This document shows positions 18,673-27,300 of a stretch of 56,325 bases of DNA, piece after piece. This stretch comes from Planctomycetota bacterium (GTDB lineage Bacteria; Planctomycetota; Phycisphaerae; FEN-1346), in assembly GCA_026387035.1 (NCBI GenBank), contig JAPLMM010000004.1:1-56325 (forward strand), written 5' to 3'. Positions within the stretch are counted from its first letter, which is position 1. Each line of letters begins with the position of its first letter. The notes under the pieces were generated by a model that was not told the DNA's origin, made no database searches, and was given only the letters and a program-made list of their open reading frames with translations. A program made the position numbers and the translations under genes.

Positions 18673-21105
18673 TCATCTCACCAGCATCGGTTCGCTCGCC
18701 GGGTACTCCGCCGGCAGTTCTGCCAGACGAAGGTCGCGCTCCGACAGGTATTTGAGGTCCTCGAACCGGTCGTCCCGCAGGATGACCGGCCGGATGAAGA
18801 CGAAGAAGGTCGTCTCCGCGTCGCTTTGCGTCCGGCTGCTGAAGAGGTATTCCAGGCCGGGGATGTCCCCCAGGAGCGGGATCTTCGAGACCGTCTCGCT
18901 CGTGTCCCGGCGCTTGAGGCCCCCCACGATGATCGCGTGTCCGCTCGGGACGGTCACGAGGCTCGTGATCGAGTCGGTCTGCCGCGGCGGGGGGATGCCT
19001 GCGGCACCCGCCCCCGTGAAACTGTTCAGCGTGATCGAGTAGTTGAGTTGCAGGTGCTCCCCTTCGCTGATGTGCGGCGTCACGGTGACGGTCGTCCCGG
19101 CCGAGGCGTACCCCGCGAAACTCGTCGTCGCGACCGTCTCGGAGGCGTTGACGCTCGTAAACGGCGATTCGGCGACGCTCGACAGCGTCCCGGTGGCGTT
19201 GTCGTTGACGAGGATCTTTGGCGCCGAGAGGACCCGCGCGTGGCCGTTGGTGGCCAAGGCCCTCAGGACCACGTCCACCGTGTGGGGGTCGATGACGATC
19301 CCGTTGAACCCGGTCCCCGGCTGGAGCGCGAGGGCCCCCGTCGCCAGGTCCACCGCCGAAAGGCCGAAGGAACTGAACGAGAGCCACCGCCAATCGTCGC
19401 GCTCGTTCGCGCCCGAGATCTCGATGCCGAAGGAAAGGTTGTCCGAGACGTCGAGCGTCACCAAGGTGATCTCTATCAGGACCTGGGGCCGGCGCTTGTC
19501 GAGCATCGCGATCAGCCGCTCGTACACCCGCTGCACCGGCGGCGGGGCGACGACGATGATCGTGTTGGTGTTCGGGTCGGCCGTCACCACGGCGTCCTTC
19601 GTCTGGACCCGCGTCAGCGGCCGCGCCGCGTCGGGTGACGGGGACGCCTTTTCGGCACCCTTGTCCTTGTCGGGCGCGGGGGATGCTTTTTCCGGTTCCT
19701 TTTCCGGTTCCTTGTAGGATGGGGGTTTGGGCAGTTCTTCGCCAGGGGCCGGCGGCGGCCGGTTCGGACCAGTGAACGGCTCCGCCACGGGTTTTGCGGC
19801 CGCCCCTTCCACGGGCGGCCCGAGGGTCTCGACGGCCAGGCGCGCGATGCCGCCTTCCTGACTCTCCAGGGCTCGGATGGTCGCCAGAACCTCCGCGGCG
19901 GTCGTATTGACGAGTTTGTAGAAGCGGACGGGGCTGAGTTCCGCCGCGGCCGCGACGTCCAGGTCTGCCTTGAGCGACTCGACCCACGCGTGGACTTCCG
20001 GCGAGGCCGTCACGATCAGCAGCCCGGACTGCGCGTCCAGAATCGAGCGGTACCGCGTCCGGGCCGCGTCCGGTCCGGCGAACTCACGGGCCAACCGGTC
20101 GATCCGCTCCGGCGAGGCCGACGCGAAGTAGTACGTCCGCGTCTGGATGTCCGTCGGCACGTCGAGGGCTTCAAGGAGGTCGAGCGCCTCGGCCTCGGCG
20201 CCTTCGGTCGCGACGAGGATGACCTGGTTGGTCCGCGGCTCGTGGGTGAGGCTCAAAGGCCGCGGCGGGGCCTTGCCCTCCCGGCCGGTGACTCGGTCCC
20301 GCTCGCGAAGAAGGGCCGTGACGCGCTGCGCGAGTTCCGCCGCGTCCCAGTGCTTGACGGCTACGAAGTGCACCTGGGCCTTCGGGCCCGGCTGGTCGAA
20401 GAGACGGATCATCTCGGCCACGCGCCGAAGGTTGTCCGCGTAGTCGGTGACGAAGAGGAGGCTCCGGTCCGGTACCGCGAAACTGTTCCCCCCCGGCGTG
20501 CCGAGGAACGGTTTGATGACCGGCTCGACGGCCGAGGGGGCGACGTTCCGGAGGGTGAAGACCTGCGTCATCGCCCGCGTCGCTTCGGCGTCGGCGAGCC
20601 GCCGCGGGTCCTCCTCGAACCCTTCCGTTACCGTCACGAGGTTCTGGGCCGGCACGATCTCCTTCCACCCCGGCTGGTCGCCGTCCACGATCAGGAGGCC
20701 CGACATCCTGAGGACGCTCTGGAGGAGGCCGAAGAGAGACTCCTTCGGGACCTTCGCCGGCGCGGAGATCGTGATCCGCCTCTTCAGGAGCCCCTCGTCA
20801 TAGAGAAGGTTTATCCCGAGCCGCGTCGTCACATAGTCCACGAGGATTTTCAGTTCCAGGTTCTCGGGGAAGGTCAACTGCACGAGTTCCTCTTCGCCGC
20901 CTTGGACCGGAACCGTCGGGGAAGGCGATTCCTCGGCCGCTACGGGAGGCGGCTGCTCGGGTGCTTCGGCGGGCGCCTCCGGGGGCGTTTCCTTGGTGGG
21001 GACATCCACCGGCGGCGGTGCGTCCTGCGGCATGTCTTGGGCCGGGACGAGCGCCGCGGTCCACACGAGGACGAACGCCGCGAGGCCGAGAATGGGGAGT
21101 TTCAT
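18673..21105 (-). CDS. gspD: Type II secretion secretin GspD
   Basis: ATG at 21105 gives MKLPILGLAAFVLVWTAALVPAQ (signal). N0-N3 domains are followed by a C-terminal secretin domain (IPLLGDIPGLEYLFSSRT...FFVFIRPVILRD). A low-complexity PEKEPEK insert is present. Confidence 0.9.
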   Translation of the reverse strand: MKLPILGLAAFVLVWTAALVPAQDMPQDAPPPVDVPTKETPPEAPAEAPEQPPPVAAEESPSPTVPVQGGEEELVQLTFPENLELKILVDYVTTRLGINLLYDEGLLKRRITISAPAKVPKESLFGLLQSVLRMSGLLIVDGDQPGWKEIVPAQNLVTVTEGFEEDPRRLADAEATRAMTQVFTLRNVAPSAVEPVIKPFLGTPGGNSFAVPDRSLLFVTDYADNLRRVAEMIRLFDQPGPKAQVHFVAVKHWDAAELAQRVTALLRERDRVTGREGKAPPRPLSLTHEPRTNQVILVATEGAEAEALDLLEALDVPTDIQTRTYYFASASPERIDRLAREFAGPDAARTRYRSILDAQSGLLIVTASPEVHAWVESLKADLDVAAAAELSPVRFYKLVNTTAAEVLATIRALESQEGGIARLAVETLGPPVEGAAAKPVAEPFTGPNRPPPAPGEELPKPPSYKEPEKEPEKASPAPDKDKGAEKASPSPDAARPLTRVQTKDAVVTADPNTNTIIVVAPPPVQRVYERLIAMLDKRRPQVLIEITLVTLDVSDNLSFGIEISGANERDDWRWLSFSSFGLSAVDLATGALALQPGTGFNGIVIDPHTVDVVLRALATNGHARVLSAPKILVNDNATGTLSSVAESPFTSVNASETVATTSFAGYASAGTTVTVTPHISEGEHLQLNYSITLNSFTGAGAAGIPPPRQTDSITSLVTVPSGHAIIVGGLKRRDTSETVSKIPLLGDIPGLEYLFSSRTQSDAETTFFVFIRPVILRDDRFEDLKYLSERDLRLAELPAEYPASEPMLVR

Positions 21106-21109
21106 GGGG

Positions 21110-22822
21110 TCAACCCTCGGGTTCCAGGAGTTGCACGGATGCCGCCGCGCTCGGCAGGCCGCCGACGCGCGGCCGCTCGACCACGTCGAACCGCACCGGA
21201 ATCGCAAACGACGGCTGGGACTCCAGGTCCGTGTGGATCGAGATCGTGACGCTCTGCGGCCCGCGCCCCTGGGCGCGCACGACCGTCGGCACCGCCCGTT
21301 CCCCCCCGGGCGGAACGGCCTCCCGGGGGACCCGGACAAGGCATCCCGACGCGCTGGATGTGCTGTAGATGAGGCGCACGGGTCTTGCGGCCCGGTTGCG
21401 GATCGTCACAGTCCCCTCGCGCTCCTCGCCCAGAGCCAGTTCTCCGAAATCCACGGGGGACGGGCGGACTTCCATCGCCAACCCAACCTCGGCCTGGATT
21501 CGAATCGGGATCAGGGCGTGTTCGGGGTCGTCCGTGTGAAGCAGGATCCGTTTGTCGTAGTGGAGGCCCTTCCTGGGCGCGACGAAGACCAGCCGGACCG
21601 ACGCCGTTTGGCCGGGGAGAATCGGCTCGCGCGGCGTTTCGGCGGCCATGCACAGACACTCGGACTGGACGCGCCGGATCGTGAGCGCCTTCGCCGACGG
21701 GTTGCGGATCGCCAGGACTACCTTCCGGATGCTTCCCGGCTCGACGAAACCGAAGGCGTACTCGCCGTCCTCGACGGCCACGGGTTTTTGCCCCGCCGCG
21801 CCGCCCCACACGGCCAGCCCCGCTTCCGCTGGACCCGGGCGGCCTTCACCGACCACCGCCTCGACGACCGTTCCCTCGATGAGCGCTAGAAGGGTCGGCG
21901 TCGCGACGAACCAGTCCCGTTCGTCGCTTGCGCGCCCCAGGACGCACGGCGTTCCGGCCGGGAGCAGCGAGCGGCCGGGCGGCGCATACGGCGCTAGTTC
22001 GACCATGGCCGTCCGGGCGATGTTCATCCTCTCTGCCCGCTCCCGCGCCTCTTGCTCGAACTGAGGTACGCGCTCCTGGCAGTGGGGGCAATCGTGGTGG
22101 TAGAGCACGACGATCCATTGGCCCTTGGCGAGCCGGGACCCGATGTCGATGTGGGCAAGGAGCGGGCAGGGCTTGCCGATCCACTCTTTGGGTTCGAGGA
22201 GCACCGGTCGGCCTCCTCCGACCACCGTGCCTTCGAGGGACAGCATCGCCGGTTCGTAGCGCAGGATCGGTATCGCGGCGGCGGCACCGGTCGCCAGACT
22301 GATCAGGACCGCAGCGACCGGTTGCAGACGGACCCGGGGCGGCGGCTGGAGCCGGCTCTTGAGGTTGGGACGAAAGGTGGTCAAGGCCCCGACCGCGCCC
22401 ACGTCCAGAACGAGCGTGTACCACGGATTAACCTTCACCGCGCCGAAACAGCCGCACGAGTCCGCTCCGGTGAGGGCTTTTGGGAGGGTCACGCCGACGA
22501 AGACAACAAAACACGCGAGCGCCGCCGCCCACGCCGCGCGGCGCGCGAGTCCGCTCACCAACCACAACCCCAGCAGGATCTCGCCCTCGACCCAGACGAT
22601 CTGGAACCCGCGGCTTGAAAGCAGCCCCTCGCCCGGCACCGGTTCCGTGGCCAACTGATGGGTTTTCAGGGCGGCGGCGACCAACAAGAGAAGACCGAGG
22701 GCCGTCCGCACGACGCGGTCCGCCGAAACGCGCTGGCTGCACGCCGTCCGGCGGGTCCCGCAGTCCGGACTTCCTCCGCTTCCCCCTGGCCACCGAGCGT
22801 CGTTGGACGGGTCTGGGCGCAT
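21110..22822 (-). CDS. MauE/DoxX-like membrane domain + thioredoxin-like (CPHC) + two DUF1573-like beta-sandwich domains
   Basis: TM region with CGCFG (MauE-like), then VVLYHHDCPHCQERVPQF, then two repeats of the type FGFVEPGSIRKVVLAIRNPS / VDFGELALGEEREGTVTIRNRA. It ends 4 nt before gspD. I chose the start at ATG 22822 (GAGGGA upstream); the ORF is open to 23074. Confidence 0.6.
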   Translation of the reverse strand: MRPDPSNDARWPGGSGGSPDCGTRRTACSQRVSADRVVRTALGLLLLVAAALKTHQLATEPVPGEGLLSSRGFQIVWVEGEILLGLWLVSGLARRAAWAAALACFVVFVGVTLPKALTGADSCGCFGAVKVNPWYTLVLDVGAVGALTTFRPNLKSRLQPPPRVRLQPVAAVLISLATGAAAAIPILRYEPAMLSLEGTVVGGGRPVLLEPKEWIGKPCPLLAHIDIGSRLAKGQWIVVLYHHDCPHCQERVPQFEQEARERAERMNIARTAMVELAPYAPPGRSLLPAGTPCVLGRASDERDWFVATPTLLALIEGTVVEAVVGEGRPGPAEAGLAVWGGAAGQKPVAVEDGEYAFGFVEPGSIRKVVLAIRNPSAKALTIRRVQSECLCMAAETPREPILPGQTASVRLVFVAPRKGLHYDKRILLHTDDPEHALIPIRIQAEVGLAMEVRPSPVDFGELALGEEREGTVTIRNRAARPVRLIYSTSSASGCLVRVPREAVPPGGERAVPTVVRAQGRGPQSVTISIHTDLESQPSFAIPVRFDVVERPRVGGLPSAAASVQLLEPEG

Positions 22823-22849
22823 ACGGTCCCTCGCAACGGGTGTAGTTCG

Positions 22850-22895
22850 GGTCACTTTCCCCTTATTAGTGTCATCTCCAAGGCCTTGTGTCACA
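22850..22895. promoter_or_regulatory. Repeated GTGACAC-type half-sites at 19-20 bp spacing (three copies), upstream of the T2SS operon and in the divergent region with the ECF sigma gene
   Basis: Half-sites gtcac (22851), gtgtca (22869) and gtgtcac (22888). 22850-22876 aligns about 20/26 with 24050-24076. Confidence 0.4.
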
Positions 22896-23270
22896 GGTGG
22901 GCCACAAGAATTTTTTCGCTCGTGCCAAGCCGGACAGCCATGCGTCTCTGTCGTGCTTCTCGATGGCACGCCTCCGGTCGCCGCCGAAGGCTCCAGATGT
23001 GGGGGAAGTGTCAGGCCCCGGCCCCACGGCGTGGGGTTGAGAGGCGCTCCCACAGGATGGCCGTAGAGTAACATAGAGTTGTCATATTGTACGTGACGGC
23101 ACGTCGTAGGCCGGAGGCGGTTCTTGCGAACGGATGGCTAGGCGATAAAATAAAGCCTTTCCAATTCATTACTTAGAACAATGCCGGATTTGACTTCATA
23201 TCCAACCTGTCGCTCCGACACGTCTGTGCAGGCGCCGTAGAGGCAACTGGGTTGGCCCGGGGGAGGCCGG

Positions 23271-23897
23271 GTGGGAGAAGCAAGGGGGAGTCCTCGGCCT
23301 GGAAGGGCCGAGGTGGCGTTGGAACCACTGATCCGCCGCGCCCAAGCGGGCGAGCGGGCAGCTTGGGAGGATCTCTGCCCATGCCTGGAGCCGCTCGTCC
23401 GTGGATGGGCTATGGCGCTGCTTCCTCCAAGCGAAGCGGACGATGCTGTTCAGGAGATCCTGCTGACCATCTGGGGGCTCTTGCCGCAATTCAAGTGGCA
23501 GTCCAAGTTCACCACGTGGGCCTATACGGTCACCCGGCGCAAATGCCGGCGGATCCGCCAGCAGGAAATGAGACGACGAAACGTGTTGGCCGGGTTTGCA
23601 AAAGCGGGGGGTTCCGGCTCGCGGCCTACACAGGGTGCCGAAGGGACGGAGAAGGTCGAATTGAGGGATGAGGTACGGTTCGCGCTTTCCCAGTTGAGCG
23701 CGGCGGATCGTAGGCTGCTGACGCTCAAGTACTTCCTGGACAACGAGTACCGTCAAATAGCAGAGGTGATTAATGCTCCCAAGAGCGCTCTCCGTGAGCG
23801 GTGTCGGCGGGCCCGCCAGCGGCTGCGCAAATGTCTTGAAGAGCAGCAAAATGGCAACGGGGTAGCCAACCGGCCCCCCGCGCCTCCTGACGCATGA
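23271..23897 (+). CDS. ECF-type sigma-70 family RNA polymerase sigma factor
   Basis: Region 2 (DDAVQEILLTIWGLLPQFKWQSKFTTWAYTVTRRKC) and region 4 HTH (YRQIAEVINAPKSALRERCRRARQRL). GTG start. Confidence 0.85.
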   Translation: MGEARGSPRPGRAEVALEPLIRRAQAGERAAWEDLCPCLEPLVRGWAMALLPPSEADDAVQEILLTIWGLLPQFKWQSKFTTWAYTVTRRKCRRIRQQEMRRRNVLAGFAKAGGSGSRPTQGAEGTEKVELRDEVRFALSQLSAADRRLLTLKYFLDNEYRQIAEVINAPKSALRERCRRARQRLRKCLEEQQNGNGVANRPPAPPDA

Positions 23898-24049
23898 GGC
23901 CCGTTCCTCTTCGCTCGTTCGGCGGGATTTTCCGGGCGGGTTCCGTGATTCTTCTTCCGCCGTCGGGCCGGCGGCACCTTGCCTGAAAGGCCCGACCGGG
24001 CTCACGGAAGGCTGGCCGAGCCCAGCCATAAAAAAATTTTCCGCCCCCC

Positions 24050-24076
24050 TGTGACATTCCCCCTTCGACGTGACAC
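24050..24076. promoter_or_regulatory. Second copy of the GTGACA-N13-GTGACAC box, 67-93 nt upstream of the repeat-protein gene
   Basis: The sequence is tgtgacattcccccttcgacgtgacac. See the first box at 22850. Confidence 0.4.
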
Positions 24077-24142
24077 TAACTATCTGAGCGAGGAAGTGCG
24101 CCGCCCGTCGGCGGGCGTCCTCACCAGAGAAAGGGGAGTCCA

Positions 24143-27121
24143 ATGAACCGCCACACCAACACGTTTTGGGCAGCCGTCCTCTCGGCATTCGTGGTCTTCG
24201 GTCTGGCCGCGAGCCGTGGGTTGGCCGAAGAAGCCGACTCGCCGGGCGTCCTGGCGGTGTCCGTGCTACGGACCCTCCGGGAGGACCCCGCCTCCATCGT
24301 GGGGATGAGCGAGGCCGAACTCATCCTGACCTGCCGGGCTCTGGTCGGTGCAGGTGGCCGCGAGGCGGCCGGGCTCATCTGCGCCACCTGGGTGGAAGGT
24401 TCCGACAAGTACAAGTCGTCTTCCACGGACACCCTGTGCCAACTGGCGACGTTCTCGCGGATGGCCGCTGAAGCGGGTCAGGCGGCCGTCCAGCGCGTGG
24501 CGGGCCATGTGCAGGAGGTGTACCTGGCTCAGCCGGACGCGACACGCTCGGTCAAACCCGGCCAGTGGCAGGCCCTGACGGGGGTGTTGGCGGCCGGCCT
24601 CTCCGAGGGATCTCGCGCTTCTTGGGCGGCGAGTCTCCGGGCCGCGTTCGTCGAGGACGGTGGGGTACTGGCCGGTCTGAAGTTGGCGGACGTGCAGACG
24701 CTCTCGGGCGCTTTGGCGGCCCTCGGCGACCAACAGCCGCACCGGCCGGTCACCGCGTGGGTGGAGACCACGACGGCGTGGCAGGCCCTGAAGCCGGGGG
24801 ACCTGGTCTCGCTGTCCCGCAGCCTGGCGGCGGCGAAGGAAACGGGGCAGGCGGCCCTTCAGCAGGTGGCGTCCCACGTCGAGCAGACGTACACAGCCGA
24901 TGCCGCCGCCATGAAGTCCGTCTCCCTTGGGGATTGGCGGAACCTGACCGGCGTGCTGGCCGGCAAGATGTCCGAGGAATCCCGCGAACGGTTGAGCGGG
25001 CATCTCCTGGCGGCCTACGTGGACAATGGCGAAGCGCTCCAGGGCCTCAAGGTGGGGGACGTGCAGGCCCTCTCGGGCGCTTTGGCGGCCCTCGGCGACC
25101 AACAGCCGCACCGGCCGGTCACCGCGTGGGTGGAGACCACGACGGCGTGGCAGACGCTCAACCCCGCGGAATTGGTTTCGTTGGCCGGGAGCCTGGCGTC
25201 GGCAAAGGAGCAAGGGCAATCGGCGCGGCAGCACCTCGCGTCGCACGTGGAGAGCACGTGCCTGGCCAACCCTGATGTTGTGCGCTCGGTCCCGCTCAAT
25301 TGCTGGCGCGACTTGGCTGTGCGTCTGGCACAGGACTTGCCCGACGAGAACCGGGGGCGGTGGATGTCGACGCTCCGCGCCACGTTCACGGAAGCGGCCG
25401 GGGCGTTTGAGACCTTGATGCTCGGCGACGTGCAGGCCCTCACCGCCGCCCTGAAGTCGCTCGGCGACGCGCAGGCGGACTCGGTGCCCCCTGCATGGGT
25501 GGAACGGACGAAGGGCTGGAAGGCGCTCGACCAGAAGGGCCTGATTTCGCTCGCGTCGAGCCTGGCGGCCTCCAAGGAAGCAGGCCAGGTTGCCCGCCAA
25601 CGCGTAGCCGCCCATGTCCAGGAGCAGTTTCTGCCGAGCATCGAGGCGACGCGTTCCGTCTCGAGCAGCGAGTGGGGGGAATTCGCCGGGCGCCTCGGGG
25701 CGGATTTGTCCGAAGAGAACCGAACGGTCTGGGCCAACGGCCTGCGCGCGGCCTACGTCCAGAACGCGGAGACGTTCGCGGGCCTGAAGTTGGCCGATGT
25801 TCAAGGTCTCTCACGGGCCCTCAGTTCCCTGGGCGAGGAGAACGCAGTAGCGGTCGTGGCGCTTTGGGTGGACCAGACCGCCGGCTGGCGCGACCTGAAG
25901 CCGCCGGACCTGGTCTCGTTGGCCGGAACTCTGGCCGCGGTGAAAGAAGAGGGTGCGTCGGCGCGGCAGCGTCTGGCCTCGCATCTGGAAACCGCCTATC
26001 TGGCCGACGCGGCGGCGACGCGGTCGGTGTCGGCCGCCCAGTGGCGCGACCTGGCCAGCCGGTTGGTTCCGGACCTGTCGGAGGAGAAGCGAAGCGCGTG
26101 GGCGGCCGGGCTGCGGGCGGCCTACGTCCAAGACGCCGAGGTGCTGGCCGCGCAGAAACTCGACGATGTCCTGGGCCTGGGAGACGCCCTGAAGGCGTTG
26201 GGGGATAAGCAGGCGCAGGAGCCGTTGGCCACCTGGGTTCAAGCCACCACGGCCTGGCGATCGCTCAAGCCGAATGAACTCGCCTCGAAACTGGCGTCTC
26301 GTCTGACGACAGACACGGAAGCCGGTCGGGCGGCGCGCGAGTGCTTGGTCGCGCACGTCGAGAGCACGTACCTCGCCGACGCTGAGGCGGTGCGGGCCGT
26401 CGGCGGCGGCCAATGGAAGGAACTGATGGGGCACGTTGCCAAATGGCTCTCCGACGAGCGCCGGGCCGCGTGGGCCGCGCAACTGCGGGCGGCCTGCGTC
26501 GAGGACGCCGGCGTACTGACCGCAATGGAATTGGGCGACGTTCAGGGCCTTTCGGCGGCGCTCAAGTCCCTGGGCGACAAGGAGGCCGATGCCGTGGCGG
26601 CCGTCTGGGCCGAGAGCACGAGCGCATGGCAGGAGTACGCGCCCAACGCGCTCGCCTCGTTGGCGAACAGCCTCTTAGCCGCGGGGGACGCGGGCCGCTC
26701 GGTGCGGCAGCGCCTGGCCGCACACGTGCAGCAGCGGTACCTCTCGACCCCCGAGGCCGCGCGCGAGATAGGCAGCGCCGCGTGGCGCGAACTTGTGGCG
26801 CCCCTGAGACAAGACCTCACGAGCGAATCTCGCATCGAGTGGGCCCAGCGCATCCGCGACGCCTACGGCGGGAGCGAAGCGGTCCTCGTGGGGCTGAACC
26901 TCGGGGAACTTGAGGCGCTCTGCAAGCCGCCCGCCTCCTTATCGCCAAACACATCTCAGACTCGCTCCTGGGCGACCCCGAGAAGATGCGCGAAGCGGGG
27001 CCGGTGCTGTGGAAGGTGTTCGCCGCCCGGGTGGGCGAGGACCTCCCCCCCGAGGAGCGGCAGCGGTGGCTGGCTGCACTCCAGACGACGTTTGCCTCGT
27101 CGGACGAGGAGCTCGCAGTGA
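24143..27121 (+). CDS. Secreted tandem-repeat protein, 5' reading frame (about seven 123-aa repeats); frame is lost near 26915
   Basis: SD AAGGGGAG and signal peptide MNRHTNTFWAAVLSAFVVFGLAASRGLA. The repeat signature is L.DVQ.LS.AL..LGD......WVE.T..W..L.P..L.SLA..LA...E.G..ARQRLA.HVE..YL. The last about 65 aa are Arg/Ser/Pro-rich out-of-frame sequence. Confidence 0.7.
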   Translation: MNRHTNTFWAAVLSAFVVFGLAASRGLAEEADSPGVLAVSVLRTLREDPASIVGMSEAELILTCRALVGAGGREAAGLICATWVEGSDKYKSSSTDTLCQLATFSRMAAEAGQAAVQRVAGHVQEVYLAQPDATRSVKPGQWQALTGVLAAGLSEGSRASWAASLRAAFVEDGGVLAGLKLADVQTLSGALAALGDQQPHRPVTAWVETTTAWQALKPGDLVSLSRSLAAAKETGQAALQQVASHVEQTYTADAAAMKSVSLGDWRNLTGVLAGKMSEESRERLSGHLLAAYVDNGEALQGLKVGDVQALSGALAALGDQQPHRPVTAWVETTTAWQTLNPAELVSLAGSLASAKEQGQSARQHLASHVESTCLANPDVVRSVPLNCWRDLAVRLAQDLPDENRGRWMSTLRATFTEAAGAFETLMLGDVQALTAALKSLGDAQADSVPPAWVERTKGWKALDQKGLISLASSLAASKEAGQVARQRVAAHVQEQFLPSIEATRSVSSSEWGEFAGRLGADLSEENRTVWANGLRAAYVQNAETFAGLKLADVQGLSRALSSLGEENAVAVVALWVDQTAGWRDLKPPDLVSLAGTLAAVKEEGASARQRLASHLETAYLADAAATRSVSAAQWRDLASRLVPDLSEEKRSAWAAGLRAAYVQDAEVLAAQKLDDVLGLGDALKALGDKQAQEPLATWVQATTAWRSLKPNELASKLASRLTTDTEAGRAARECLVAHVESTYLADAEAVRAVGGGQWKELMGHVAKWLSDERRAAWAAQLRAACVEDAGVLTAMELGDVQGLSAALKSLGDKEADAVAAVWAESTSAWQEYAPNALASLANSLLAAGDAGRSVRQRLAAHVQQRYLSTPEAAREIGSAAWRELVAPLRQDLTSESRIEWAQRIRDAYGGSEAVLVGLNLGELEALCKPPASLSPNTSQTRSWATPRRCAKRGRCCGRCSPPGWARTSPPRSGSGGWLHSRRRLPRRTRSSQ

Positions 27122-27300
27122 TGGAGATCGGGAATCTCACTGCTTTCATCGATTCTCTCGCCTCGTTGGACCGGAAACGGGCTGCCGATGTTGTCCTCGC
27201 GTGGTTCGGAAGCGGAGACTCCTGGAAGGGAGGCGGCGACGTCGAACTGGCGAGACTGGCAAGGGTCGTGGCCGACGGGCGCCCTGAAAGCGCTGCTCCC
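24300..27300 (+). repeat. Coding tandem repeat, period about 366-373 bp, roughly 8 units
   Basis: The DVQ landmark recurs near 24690, 25060, 25427, 25793, 26163, 26536, 26905 and 27129. 24701-24784 and 25070-25153 are 84/84 identical. Confidence 0.85.

Noticed and set aside
15633-21249. Very long plus-strand ORFs (15633-17327, 17385-18755, 18331-19638, 19990-21249) opposite gspF/E/D
   Set aside because: Their translations are Arg/Pro/Gly/Asp-rich low-complexity sequence with no motifs. The minus-strand frames carry unmistakable GspD/E/F signatures. These are typical shadow ORFs of high-GC DNA.
22823-23074. Upstream 84 codons of ORF 21110-23074
   Set aside because: The region is lower in GC and non-protein-like. 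It contains the repeated GTGACAC boxes, and an ATG with a GAGGGA SD at 22822 precedes the first TM segment. This remains uncertain.
24266-26482. Minus-strand ORFs (512 aa, 240 aa, 223 aa) and plus-strand alternative frames inside the tandem-repeat gene
   Set aside because: Only the frame beginning at 24143 gives a signal peptide and a coherent periodic repeat of about 123 aa. The others are Arg/Pro-rich.
24300-27300. Possible CRISPR array or non-coding satellite because of regular 369-bp periodicity
   Set aside because: The period is far longer than CRISPR repeat-spacer units. The repeats are in frame, diverge mostly at synonymous or conservative positions, and translate to a consistent protein repeat.
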